A stretch of 64,000 nt of DNA from a virus. Taxonomy: Duplodnaviria > Caudoviricetes. This document shows, piece after piece, positions 41,589 through 51,460 of this stretch. A program made the position numbers and the translations under genes. The notes under the pieces were generated by a model. It searched no databases, was not told the DNA's origin, and saw only the letters and a program-made list of their open reading frames with translations. The stretch is taken from positions 2,190 through 66,189 of the IMG/VR virus record IMGVR_UViG_3300033146_001059; one strand, 5' to 3'. The stretch's first letter is position 1, and every line of letters starts with the position of its first letter.

Positions 41589-41783
41589 AATACCTATTTA
41601 CCACTCACTTAAGTACCATAAACACTCAGTAATTACAAATATAACACTAATAACCAGTTACTATTATGGTAGAACTAATTAATGCTCTTTTATCAGTTGG
41701 CGCTCTGATTTTTGGTATAATAGCAGTCTATTTTGTAATAAAAGCTCCAAATAAATCATAATTAACTCATAAACTATATTGTT

Positions 41784-42059
41784 ATGAAAATATCAGTAAA
41801 TTCAGATTTTAAATCAGCAGACGTTATAGTATCAGCGTCAATAACCTTATCAGTAGAAGAAGCTCGTGCATTGTATGTATTGACAGAAACTCCTACTAAA
41901 ATAGCTCAAAATGGTAATATTACTGTCGACGAAGATGAAGCTAAAAAGAGAAATATACTTACTCGTGATTTCGTGCGTAGCATTGCTAAGAAAGTATTAA
42001 TTACTTCTGGCAATATTACACCAATCACAGATATCATAGAAGATATCAAGAATGCATAA
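41784..42059 (+). CDS. Hypothetical protein (91 aa)
   Basis: ORF track. Confidence 0.55.
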   Translation: MKISVNSDFKSADVIVSASITLSVEEARALYVLTETPTKIAQNGNITVDEDEAKKRNILTRDFVRSIAKKVLITSGNITPITDIIEDIKNA

Positions 42060-42327
42060 CAAGCTTATAACCTATGTAACCCTAGCGCTAATGTTTGGCG
42101 CTGGGATTATATTAGGCACAATTAGTGCGTTACCCGGTAAAAATAAATCCATATCTGTATTACGCAGTCATGGTATTGTAGATACTAGTAAAGACTATTA
42201 TACAGTTTATATGCCAAATAAAGAATATATTACTGAAGTAGAGTTTAAAGCTTTAGTAGTAATGTCTGATATGTGTTCGAGAGTAATTGTACACTACCTA
42301 AGAAATATTAATGAACACACTAGATAG
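42052..42327 (+). CDS. Hypothetical protein with N-terminal TM (91 aa)
   Basis: ORF track; hydrophobic N-terminus. Confidence 0.5.
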   Translation: MHNKLITYVTLALMFGAGIILGTISALPGKNKSISVLRSHGIVDTSKDYYTVYMPNKEYITEVEFKALVVMSDMCSRVIVHYLRNINEHTR

Positions 42328-42328
42328 A

Positions 42329-42910
42329 TTAAATCGTCGACACATCAGTTGACGTTTAAATAGGGTCTCAACGCGAGATAGACTCCGTACTACGCATGTT
42401 AAGCTTAACGGCATGCAGGTAGGTAACAGAAAAGTGCGAGTACAGAGGTTGTGCCTACTCTGACTTTTAATGCAGTGAGCACTACGAACCGAGATGTTTT
42501 AAAACTAATGTTAATTATTAGTACAATTAAAAAGTCCTAGGCTCCTAGGCAAGGGTGGTTGTAATGGGATAATAGATGGATATCAAGTAAGTATAAAGGT
42601 CAGTCCGAACTTGATTATAATTCTACTATTCTGTTGCCACAATGACCCACACGCTATCTATGACTGGCAATACGTGAACTCTCTTCGAGTGAGCGGCATG
42701 TAATCTCCATTCTAAAGGAGAAATGTGTGAAAAGAAGCGTGACACCTTAGCGGGTGCACTTATGACTGTAAATCAATCAGGGTACACAAGGGGGGAGTTA
42801 GCATAGCTGTAATGTGCTAGGCAGATCGCCAGAGAAAAGAGTTCGTAGCTCTTACTCCTCACAATGATTTTGTGGATTTTCCCTGAGATAACTTCAAAGG
42901 GTTTCCACAG
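42329..42910 (+). ncRNA. Long structured non-coding region (candidate ncRNA or ncRNAs)
   Basis: No ORF of 60 aa or more, raised GC, more than ten hairpins; strand assumed from context. Confidence 0.5.
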
Positions 42911-43479
42911 AGCAGTATTAAAAACTTAATAAGAGTAGTTCTGATCTTATAATTTTTCATTAATAAATGAATAGTTTTTGGGTTTAATAGTTTTAGGTTT
43001 TATTAAGTTCCTAGTAATATTAAAAATATAGCAAGAGTAGTTCTTATAAGCTAAGTGAATTTTTTGAACATTTTTTACTTAACAACAAATGTAATTTTCA
43101 TCGATACAATTGTAGAGGTTTTTACTATATTCCTCACTTAATTATTAATTAATCCATAATTACAATGAGAACAGGATTAAAGAGAGTACTAGCAGGTACC
43201 TTCACCTTAGCTGCACTATCATTTATACTACCAATCAGTTGGATTATAATGATAGTATTTGGTTTAACACTGTGGGGCGCTTACTGTCTTTCAGACATAA
43301 TGTAAGATTTTATTAGGATCCCAGATGACGTTATGTTGGTAGCGTGCGTCATCTACTAACATACCTAAAGTGACAGGTATAAAAATAAAGTTGCAGAAAC
43401 TTATCACACGAGTGATATAATACTAAAGTTTATCTAGTCGAGGTTTTTATATAGTATTATAATTTTAAATTAAATAGTT

Positions 43480-43668
43480 ATGGTTATAAGTGAGAAATTA
43501 GATTTTAATGAAAGAGGCATTTATATGCCTAGAAACAGATCGTTAGATCTCAGATTAAAGAAAGAAATCAATAAGCATTTCATTTCTATAGGATTTCCCT
43601 CGTATAAATTTGTACGTGCTGAAACATCTAAAAATAGAGTTAAACTAATCTATAAAATATATAATTAA
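43480..43668 (+). CDS. Hypothetical protein
   Basis: ORF track. Confidence 0.45.
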   Translation: MVISEKLDFNERGIYMPRNRSLDLRLKKEINKHFISIGFPSYKFVRAETSKNRVKLIYKIYN

Positions 43669-43670
43669 TT

Positions 43671-43916
43671 ATGGGTACATCTGAATGGATTCCAGAAACA
43701 CACTTAGAAGCTGTTATGAATGGCGAACTTGGTAAAGGAACTACACATCTTAATATAGATGTAAAAACCACAGATACTGTGTTGCAAAACGCTTTAGCTT
43801 TAAGTGCTACTGAACCGTGGTTTAAGACAATTGAGAAAGAAAATAAAAAAGAATATTCATTAGATTTTAAATTTAATGATGGTACAACTCTAAACATTTT
43901 ATTAGCTAAAGTTTAG
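43671..43916 (+). CDS. Hypothetical protein
   Basis: ORF track. Confidence 0.55.
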   Translation: MGTSEWIPETHLEAVMNGELGKGTTHLNIDVKTTDTVLQNALALSATEPWFKTIEKENKKEYSLDFKFNDGTTLNILLAKV

Positions 43917-43995
43917 TAAATTTAAGATATAAATGCTGGTTTAGTCGTTAGCCTCAAGACTCAAAATCGAGGCTTTCATATTATCTAATATTAAA

Positions 43996-44451
43996 TTGAT
44001 TACGATGACAATAAAAGATTTATACAATAAAGATTATGCTGTTACACGAGTTGAAACAGGGATTTCAGGAAAAGGTTCAACTGTAATATCGGTTGGTGTT
44101 ATATTCAGAACCGAGATTGAAACTTATGCCGATGGACGTGATAATGTTACTGAAGATGAGCTTGTGAAATTATTTGGTAAGAAAGTGGTTATTGTTGATG
44201 ATATTAATTCTGGGAACGTATTAATATCTGAGCTTGTAGGTAGTAATACTACTACGGCCACTATTATTAAAGGGTATTCATTTAGGCAAGTTAAAAATGA
44301 TTTAAGTCAGTTTATATATTTCTTTTTAAAGAATGCTTTAGCAAAACATGTTGGGAATGATAATGACGGGATAGTAGCTAAAAAAATGATTGCGGGTGTT
44401 ATTCAATCACTTGAATTATCTTTGATGCTTAATGGTTTAGATATTAACTAA
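43996..44451 (+). CDS. Hypothetical protein
   Basis: ORF track. Confidence 0.55.
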   Translation: MITMTIKDLYNKDYAVTRVETGISGKGSTVISVGVIFRTEIETYADGRDNVTEDELVKLFGKKVVIVDDINSGNVLISELVGSNTTTATIIKGYSFRQVKNDLSQFIYFFLKNALAKHVGNDNDGIVAKKMIAGVIQSLELSLMLNGLDIN

Positions 44452-44556
44452 AATAAAATACATTAGCCTCTAATATAATAATTGAGACTACTTTATTTAC
44501 CATCAATTAATCATAAAAATTAAAAATAGAGATTTAAGAACTCGCTATTTAATCAG

Positions 44557-44592
44557 AAAAGGGCTGACATACAGGTTGGCTCTTTTTATTTT
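44557..44592 (+). terminator. Intrinsic terminator
   Basis: AAAAGGGCTGAC...GTTGGCTCTTTT plus T-rich tail. Confidence 0.65.
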
Positions 44593-44663
44593 GGCTCTGA
44601 GAGCATTAGATGCAGCGATGTATCCTTAATAACTAAAATTATATTAACTTAAATTAAATCGTT

Positions 44664-44957
44664 ATGTTACAACAAGCAATGAAATTATCAGATGGTAACC
44701 CAGGTGCTGCAATGTTTATTATGGAATTATTAAATTTCGACAGTCCTATGCTGCAATTAAGAGTCCTTAAGACACTAGAAGACATTAAAACATTAAGAGG
44801 AACTAATCTGTGTGTGTTGTATTCAGACTTAGCAGGTAAAGATCTGCGTAAAGTTGAGGAAATATGCGAAAAAGTACCTTTAAACGTATTAGAAGATGCT
44901 TGTAGTCGTCAAGATTATTCAGGTATTGCTTTAATTAAACCCTACTTAGATAAATAA
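44664..44957 (+). CDS. Hypothetical phage protein (GNPGA motif)
   Basis: MKLSDGNPGAA; ORF track. Confidence 0.6.
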   Translation: MLQQAMKLSDGNPGAAMFIMELLNFDSPMLQLRVLKTLEDIKTLRGTNLCVLYSDLAGKDLRKVEEICEKVPLNVLEDACSRQDYSGIALIKPYLDK

Positions 44958-45005
44958 AAATAAGAAATTTTTCATTTAGCTTTAATTATATATTAAATTA
45001 TTAAT

Positions 45006-45200
45006 ATGAATTCAGTGTATTTTGTAAATTTAGAGTTTCGAAGAGGGAGTGAAAAAAAGAATATTATGGTAGATGTATGTGGTACAAAAGAACTTACTAA
45101 TAACGCAGTTATTAAACTACAGCCAAAATATTCTACTGGTCCACTTAAAGTGGAGAAGGTTGAATTAAATAAAACCTTTAAATATGAAAATATTAAGTAG
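45006..45200 (+). CDS. Hypothetical protein
   Basis: ORF track. Confidence 0.45.
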   Translation: MNSVYFVNLEFRRGSEKKNIMVDVCGTKELTNNAVIKLQPKYSTGPLKVEKVELNKTFKYENIK

Positions 45201-45432
45201 ATGTACACGTAGAATATTAGATAATGCTATACGTGATGAAAATACTGAGTTAATTGTACTTAAAGATGACCTTAGAAGAGCTCAAAATGAGCGTAATAAA
45301 TTAGGTGATAAAAGTTATGTATTAGATCCAGTAGTTAAAAATAAAGAAGCCTGTATAAAACGTAGTGATACAGTTATACAGGAACTAACTCAAATTTTAA
45401 ATAGTCATGGCAAAAGACAATTCGAGGGCTAA
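45184..45432 (+). CDS. Hypothetical coiled-coil protein
   Basis: ORF track. Confidence 0.5.
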   Translation: MKILSRCTRRILDNAIRDENTELIVLKDDLRRAQNERNKLGDKSYVLDPVVKNKEACIKRSDTVIQELTQILNSHGKRQFEG

Positions 45433-45657
45433 TATAGGTTCAATACAATCGCAAACTAAAGATTTTGATAAAAGATATAATGGTAAAGTATCTAAAAGAT
45501 ATCTATTTGATAAAGGACTTGATTGGTATAATTACCCTTTAACAGGTAAAGCACCAGTTTAAAAATACAATTTCTTAACTTGGGGCCAGTACGTTAGATT
45601 ACGCTGGTCCACTGAGAATATAAAACTTTAAATTAAATTATTTCAAATAAATTGAGA

Positions 45658-46119
45658 ATGAAAGCAATTGAATGTAAAACGATGCAGGACATCGCAGAAG
45701 ATGGAGTTTCTTTTGTAGATGCAGATTTTAATAACAATGAGGAGGGTTCTATTATTTTTAATATTAAATTTTTATCTAAAAAGGATATTCAAATAATTGA
45801 AGATTCTGGTGTTGAGTTATTTACAACGGAAGATGCACTAAAAACCAATATGTTAGGTAATTTTATTATTAAAGTGACTTCTACAGGAGGATTTTTATTA
45901 GTAAATAAATCTGAGGCTTTAGTGTTATCAACTATAAAGTTGGACACATTAAATTTAGTTATGGGTATGGTTGAAAATTTTAAACAATTCTTACTTGATA
46001 ATAAAACTGAGGGTATGCTCGAGTCTGTTGAATTTATTTTAGGTTTGTTAACGAATCTAAAGAAACATCTAGAGTTGAAGTTTCTTATGGATATGGTGTG
46101 TAATAAAATTAGTAATTAA
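45658..46119 (+). CDS. Hypothetical protein
   Basis: ORF track; ATG start chosen. Confidence 0.55.
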   Translation: MKAIECKTMQDIAEDGVSFVDADFNNNEEGSIIFNIKFLSKKDIQIIEDSGVELFTTEDALKTNMLGNFIIKVTSTGGFLLVNKSEALVLSTIKLDTLNLVMGMVENFKQFLLDNKTEGMLESVEFILGLLTNLKKHLELKFLMDMVCNKISN

Positions 46120-46242
46120 AAGTGTTTTAAGATGGAAAAAAATAACATATTATTAGATGTACTCCAGGTAGTTGTTACTGCGGGGTTAATGGCTGCAGGA
46201 GCTTGGAGCATATATTTATTAACTAAAATTAATTTTTAAGTT

Positions 46243-46692
46243 ATGGGTGATTCAATAACACCAGATAGAAAACCAATAGCATTGGTTATAGATCATAATC
46301 AGTCGACGTTACTTGGTTTTGCTCTAACATTAATGCCGGATGAAATTCCGATGGATAAACTTATAGCTATGAGCTCAGATTCTGAAAACAAATTAGGGTC
46401 TATGTTAGGTCTAGCTTTTATGATGCTTATTAAGATGAGCGACAAAGAAGAAAAAGCTAAGTTAACAGAAGCATTAAAAGAACATAAGGATTATACTAAT
46501 TCCACAATAGTAGTTAACAATGCTACTGCTTCGGGTAACTTTGTATCTAAAAAAGTGTTTAAAGATGTACTTGATCTTGCTATGAAAACGCATCGTAAGA
46601 TGTATGATTATGGTATAAGTGGAGAAGATGTTATGTTGGATGATTTACCAGTTTTCAATACGTTGGTAAATGCCCACAAATTATTACAATAA
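46243..46692 (+). CDS. Hypothetical protein
   Basis: ORF track. Confidence 0.55.
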   Translation: MGDSITPDRKPIALVIDHNQSTLLGFALTLMPDEIPMDKLIAMSSDSENKLGSMLGLAFMMLIKMSDKEEKAKLTEALKEHKDYTNSTIVVNNATASGNFVSKKVFKDVLDLAMKTHRKMYDYGISGEDVMLDDLPVFNTLVNAHKLLQ

Positions 46693-46710
46693 AGGTTAAA
46701 TTATTTTATT

Positions 46711-47229
46711 ATGAGTAAGAAAGTTGTAGAAGTACTTGTAGCTGAGATAGCTAATATTGATGCTAACATATATAAAATGTTAATTGAACGCGCTGATCTT
46801 AAAGTAGGTGCAGAATTATTTGAGCCAGATATTATCATTGATGAAGCTAGGCTTATACGTGGCCCAGGCTCTAAAACACATAAAACTAAAAAAGTTAGTG
46901 TAGAAACTATTATAAAAGGGAAAAATGCTAACAAAATAGTCAGAAGAGCTAGGAAGAAAACTGCTCGCTTAGCTATTGCTGGATCTATTTTATTTAGTGA
47001 AAGAATAGAAAATACCGATTCTGCTCGCTTAGTTCAAAAATCTTTCTTACAGCATTTAGTTTCTACTGGATATATAAAACCTGCAGGCAACTTCTATTTA
47101 ACTATAGATGCTGGTAAAAAGTATATGAGAACTTATGCTAATACAGGCATCAAGTTTTATACTGATACATTTGACGAGTTAATTAAAGAATGTGGATTTA
47201 AGTTCACAAGAAAGAAGGAATTAGCTTAG
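46711..47229 (+). CDS. Basic putative DNA-binding protein (172 aa)
   Basis: C-terminal LVSTGYI...YLTIDAGKKY resembles a winged-helix (antirepressor-like) segment. Confidence 0.45.
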   Translation: MSKKVVEVLVAEIANIDANIYKMLIERADLKVGAELFEPDIIIDEARLIRGPGSKTHKTKKVSVETIIKGKNANKIVRRARKKTARLAIAGSILFSERIENTDSARLVQKSFLQHLVSTGYIKPAGNFYLTIDAGKKYMRTYANTGIKFYTDTFDELIKECGFKFTRKKELA

Positions 47230-47459
47230 TGGGAGGCTCAATAGATGTTGACAAACACATCTGGGAAGGATGGACTGTCGGAGATTTCATAGAAGATTTA
47301 GAACCTGTTTTAGACCTTATAATTAGTGGAGGAAGCTACATAAAGATAAGAAATAAACAAGAGCTTAGGGAGTGGTGTACGAATAATCAGCCATATTATA
47401 AGAAACATATTCCAGAGGTTGTTGAGTATTTTGTAGATAAATTTGGTATTATAGATTAA
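47229..47459 (+). CDS. Hypothetical phage protein (IWEGWTVGDFIE..NQPYYKKHIPEVV)
   Basis: ORF track, GTG start overlapping the previous stop. Confidence 0.6.
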   Translation: MGGSIDVDKHIWEGWTVGDFIEDLEPVLDLIISGGSYIKIRNKQELREWCTNNQPYYKKHIPEVVEYFVDKFGIID

Positions 47460-47543
47460 ATTTTTATATTTACAATATTCCAATTAAAGAACGCTGAATA
47501 GGGCGTAATCTATCGTCGAGGGCGTAGACACACATTAAAACGC

Positions 47544-47633
47544 TAATAATCAAAGGAAAATAAGTCGAGTGGTGTATACTCGCTATAAAGTACAGAGACC
47601 GTTAAGTGGGCTCTGTTAGCACATTGATTATTA
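47544..47633 (+). ncRNA. Candidate structured RNA (3-way junction)
   Basis: TAATAATCAA/TTGATTATTA closing stem enclosing CGAGT/ACTCG and ACAGAG/CTCTGT hairpins. Confidence 0.4.
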
Positions 47634-47849
47634 TTTAATTTAAAATTAAATTATATGGCAAAGAAGAAAGAAAGAGAATTCTCTTCTATGAGAGATAAGG
47701 AGCTTAGTAAAAAAAAAGAGCTAAGCGTACAGATATAAGAGATTTATTAGGTTGGTACGATTACCCGTGTTTAGGTGGAAATAAACGTGCAGGAAATTAT
47801 GTGACACCTATTACGTCAGGAAATAAAGAGAAAAAGAATGTTTTAAATT

Positions 47850-48341
47850 ATGTATTTTAAATTGAGTATGAAAAAACTACTGGTGTTAATTATATTATTA
47901 CACACTTTAGGGAGTTGCACTAAAGTAGAGTATATAAAAGATGAACGCCCTTTAAAAGAATATGAATATGAAGAAAAAGATGTTTCAACTACATATTCTC
48001 CATATGCCTATCTAAAAGTATTAAAGGTTGAAAAAAATTATAAATATATAAAAATAAGTGTAAAATGTTCTAACCTTCTTTCTTCTTATATACATATAAG
48101 AGTATCGCAACTATACACAGAAACAGGTGAAGTTTTTTATATGTATAATAATATAATGTATTATCCTAATGTTAGACCTGGTATGACTTTTAATATTCGT
48201 CAAAGTAATAATGCATTAGATGAATTTATACTCACACTAGATTATGTATACAATTCTTTTGAAGAAATTAATATAAACATATCTCAAAAAAGGGGGATTT
48301 ATTCATATAGAACCAGTTCTGCATTAATAAATAGTATTTAA
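47850..48341 (+). CDS. Putative lipoprotein
   Basis: MKKLLVLIILLHTLGSC lipobox. Confidence 0.6.
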   Translation: MYFKLSMKKLLVLIILLHTLGSCTKVEYIKDERPLKEYEYEEKDVSTTYSPYAYLKVLKVEKNYKYIKISVKCSNLLSSYIHIRVSQLYTETGEVFYMYNNIMYYPNVRPGMTFNIRQSNNALDEFILTLDYVYNSFEEININISQKRGIYSYRTSSALINSI

Positions 48342-48354
48342 AATTTAATATATC

Positions 48355-48645
48355 GTTTGAGTTCAATTTGAACTGTATCAAACACGCGGGTTCGATTCCC
48401 GCTACCTCCACTAATAATTTAAAATCATGGGGGTAACCAGGTATCGACTTGGTACGAAGTAGAAGTAGACGAGATGTATTGAGGTGAATCCGACAATAAA
48501 CGGAAAGAAAACAGCAAAAGTAATCAACTTTGTAGATGACACTAGAGTGTTAGCTGCGGCTTAATCAGCCTATGATTGCGCGTTAGGTGAGAGCCCTAAC
48601 GTTCTTGATTTTAAAGGCTCACCCTATGTGGTGGGTCTTTTTTTA
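48355..48645 (+). ncRNA. ssrA: tmRNA, circularly permuted (two-piece) gene
   Basis: T-arm GCGGGTTCGATTCCCGC + TACCTCCA (48386-48410) precedes the 5' end GGGGGTA..ATCGAC (48429); G3.U70; helix 2 TTGGTAC/GTATCAA; tag ORF 48502-48564 ending LAAA*; outer ends approximate. Confidence 0.85.
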
Positions 48646-48676
48646 TTTTAAATTAAACCATATAAATTATATAGTT

Positions 48677-48826
48677 ATGTGTGCAATATTTGTAATAATT
48701 TTAGTATTATTTGGGTTTATATACGTATATAGATGCAAAACAACTTTTTATAAAGAGGTGGCAGCTTTTGAACATCAATTAAAGATGAAAGAATATGTTA
48801 TTCAAAAGCTTAAAGATAATAAGTAG
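48677..48826 (+). CDS. Small TM protein
   Basis: MCAIFVIILVLFGFIY; the longer track ORF overlaps the tmRNA. Confidence 0.45.
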   Translation: MCAIFVIILVLFGFIYVYRCKTTFYKEVAAFEHQLKMKEYVIQKLKDNK

Positions 48827-48986
48827 TCCTGGCTTGAGCAGGTATGAGGTTTAAGTTCTTAAAAATATATTAAGTGAATATGGTAAAACTAATAGGTTAG
48901 GTATTTACGTGATGTTTACTTACAGTAATACTGATAAAATAAAAGGCTTAATATATTTATTTTAAATTACATTAAAAAAAAAGAGA

Positions 48987-49340
48987 ATGACTAAAGAAGA
49001 AATAAATGAAATGAATGGAGACTTATTGATAGTTTTCCAAGCATTCAAGGATATTAGAAAGATTCTTATTAAATGGAATATTGGAATAGAAGATGCTTTA
49101 CTTATATTTCGTTTAAAAAGTTTCAACGCTAAATGGATTGGATTTCGTTATGCCCCAATTATATTAAAAAGATTAGCTACAATTAAAGAAAGGTTCAATC
49201 TTACTTTAGCACAACGCAGAATATTACGTGATGCTATTGAATTTCATAATCCTCAAAAGAAAACTGAGGCTATTAGTATTAAAATACCAGTAGGTGAGAA
49301 AAGAAGTGTAGTCAAAAGAATAATGGGCACATTCAGTTAA
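48987..49340 (+). CDS. Hypothetical protein
   Basis: ORF track. Confidence 0.55.
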   Translation: MTKEEINEMNGDLLIVFQAFKDIRKILIKWNIGIEDALLIFRLKSFNAKWIGFRYAPIILKRLATIKERFNLTLAQRRILRDAIEFHNPQKKTEAISIKIPVGEKRSVVKRIMGTFS

Positions 49341-49346
49341 TAATAT

Positions 49347-49525
49347 AAAGTCAAGTCAGCGTCGAGGATGAAATCTAAACTTTGATGCCGGGATAATGAT
49401 ATTCCTTTTAGGTCTGCAGACTAAGAGGTGAGTAAGTATTTATATAATAGGGTTTTGAGTAGGGTACCTATCACTCCTAATCTAACGTATAACGTTAGCT
49501 TTGAAGTTAGCTCCGACTTGACTTT
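49347..49525 (+). ncRNA. Candidate multi-branch structured RNA
   Basis: 11-bp closing stem AAAGTCAAGTC/GACTTGACTTT enclosing about five hairpins. Confidence 0.55.
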
Positions 49526-49762
49526 TAATATTTTATATTATAGTAAAAATAGTAATAGAAATAAATGAATGCAGTCAATGTCCTCATGTTACTGTAACTC
49601 CTTACCCGACTGGTGATAGCTGGGAAAGAGCAGAAAACTGGCATTGTAAAATTAAAACGGATAAGAATACCGGTAAAAATAAGAAAATTGTTGGGTATAT
49701 TGAAGCGTTTGATAAAACAGAGATACCAGAATGGTATCCAATAAAAGTTAAATAATATTATT

Positions 49763-50173
49763 ATGGTAACATTAAAAATGGTATCTGATTTTATAAATAA
49801 TGAACTTAAAATAGATATAAGTAATAAAAGTAGGCATAATCCTTTACCACAATATAGAAAGTTTTACTATGCTATGGTTTATAAATATGTCACTATTGAA
49901 TTTACTAAGCAAGAAATCGGTTGGCACATCAATAGAAAATCTTCTACGGTATTACAGCAATTAATAAGATTTAATGATATTTGTGACGTTGATAAGTCCT
50001 ATAAAGCTGAATACGATGCTGTGTGCTTTAGATTTGAAATGTATACTCTCAAAAGAATGTTGGACCAAAGAAGGGAGGCTGTAAAACTTGAAGCTTTACT
50101 AGAATCTTCATTTGATACTGCTATGATTGAAGGTATTGCAAATCAATTAATTAAAATAATTAAATCTAAATAA
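49763..50173 (+). CDS. HTH protein resembling the DnaA C-terminal domain
   Basis: DISNKSR...YRK.YY...TKQEIG..INRKSSTV. Confidence 0.6.
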   Translation: MVTLKMVSDFINNELKIDISNKSRHNPLPQYRKFYYAMVYKYVTIEFTKQEIGWHINRKSSTVLQQLIRFNDICDVDKSYKAEYDAVCFRFEMYTLKRMLDQRREAVKLEALLESSFDTAMIEGIANQLIKIIKSK

Positions 50174-50331
50174 TTATGGGATTCAGAAAGCGTATTAAAT
50201 TGAAACTTTCTATAATGCTTGATCGTAAATTGAAAGTTCGTATAAGACCACGTACAGATGCTGATATTATATTAGATCAGATGCAATTAAGACAAGAAAT
50301 TAATCAATTAAACAGTGAAAATTAAAATAAA

Positions 50332-50787
50332 ATGGAAAAGTTGACAGATATATTGGCGGATGTATTACTGATGCTAAAAGATGGTATGAGCTTAGCAGCG
50401 GATCAAATACCTACATTAATTCAAGATTTCATAAGTTGGGGGATCGTAAAGGAAAGTACGCATGTTATAATTTGGTTGGTTGTAATTATAACTTTAAAGA
50501 TAGTAGCTAATAAATTTGATAAATATAGTTTAACTTATAGAGATATAGTTGAAAAATTAACTGCGGAAGAAGAGAAAGAAGGTTACTATAATAGATACGG
50601 ATACCTTAAAGAGGCTAGAGAAGAAGCTACTGGTTTTACTATTGCAAAATATGTGGTATATGCAGCTTTATTTTTCGCTACCCTTCTCTTAATAGGAGAG
50701 TTAATGGATGTTATTAAGATTTTAGTAGCGCCCAGAATTTATCTTATTGAGGAAATTACTAATTTATTAAAACCAGCAGTAAAATAA
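50332..50787 (+). CDS. 2-TM membrane protein
   Basis: Two hydrophobic helices; APRIYLIE C-terminal motif. Confidence 0.6.
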   Translation: MEKLTDILADVLLMLKDGMSLAADQIPTLIQDFISWGIVKESTHVIIWLVVIITLKIVANKFDKYSLTYRDIVEKLTAEEEKEGYYNRYGYLKEAREEATGFTIAKYVVYAALFFATLLLIGELMDVIKILVAPRIYLIEEITNLLKPAVK

Positions 50788-50852
50788 TAAAGAGATTTAT
50801 ATTATTAATCATGATTGCTGCAGGATTTAGCAGTTGTGGACCTAAAGTTTAG

Positions 50853-50993
50853 ATGGCTAACGAATATAAATTGGTAACTGTAAATAAAAAAGTTATTGAT
50901 TTAGGGTATTTTAGTGATATAAAAGATGCAATCAAGGTTAGAAAAGATGCAGAAATATCTAACAATAGAAAACCATTAAATAAAAATAATTAA
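50853..50993 (+). pseudogene. AP2-domain fragment (HNH-AP2 endonuclease remnant)
   Basis: VNKKVIDLGYFSDIKDAIKVRKDAE in a 46-aa ORF. Confidence 0.55.
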
Positions 50994-51000
50994 AACATAA

Positions 51001-51071
51001 TCCCTCTTAGAAATCTTACACTGTCGAGGAATTCGACGCCTGATTTTGGTTCTGGAAGAATTTTAGAGGGG
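51001..51071 (+). ncRNA. UAGAA-stem element 1 (no tRNA mimic)
   Basis: TCCCTCT-TAGAAA...AATTTT-AGAGGGG; internal GTCGA/TCGAC hairpin. Confidence 0.6.
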
Positions 51072-51089
51072 TTTATAATATTTTAACTT

Positions 51090-51278
51090 ATGACAATAGG
51101 AGAAATAACGATTATACTAGTACATACAATATTTATAGTAGCTTTTATAGCTTTAAAAACTGAAGACGTACCTAGAGAATACGCAGGTCTTGCTTTTGCA
51201 TCTACATTAATAACAACAGCAGTATTACTTTTTTATGTCTTTGTGTTATTAGATAATTGGAATACTCAAATATTTTAA
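51090..51278 (+). CDS. Small 2-TM protein
   Basis: Hydrophobic ORF. Confidence 0.5.
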   Translation: MTIGEITIILVHTIFIVAFIALKTEDVPREYAGLAFASTLITTAVLLFYVFVLLDNWNTQIF

Positions 51279-51460
51279 ATTATGACAGGTTTTAGCATAT
51301 TAATTATTTTGATGCATCTTGCATATATATAGTGACAACACTTCTAGATATACTAGTTGGTGAAGTGAGTGACACTTTAATAAAAACATTAAGATATTTA
51401 GTAATATCTTTTTGGATTACATTTCTACTTATTAATTGGAATACTAATTTTGGGTAAATT

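Noticed and set aside
47656-47860. Possible frameshifted ORF at an A9 run
   Set aside because: Short, no recognisable product; A runs are common in this AT-rich DNA
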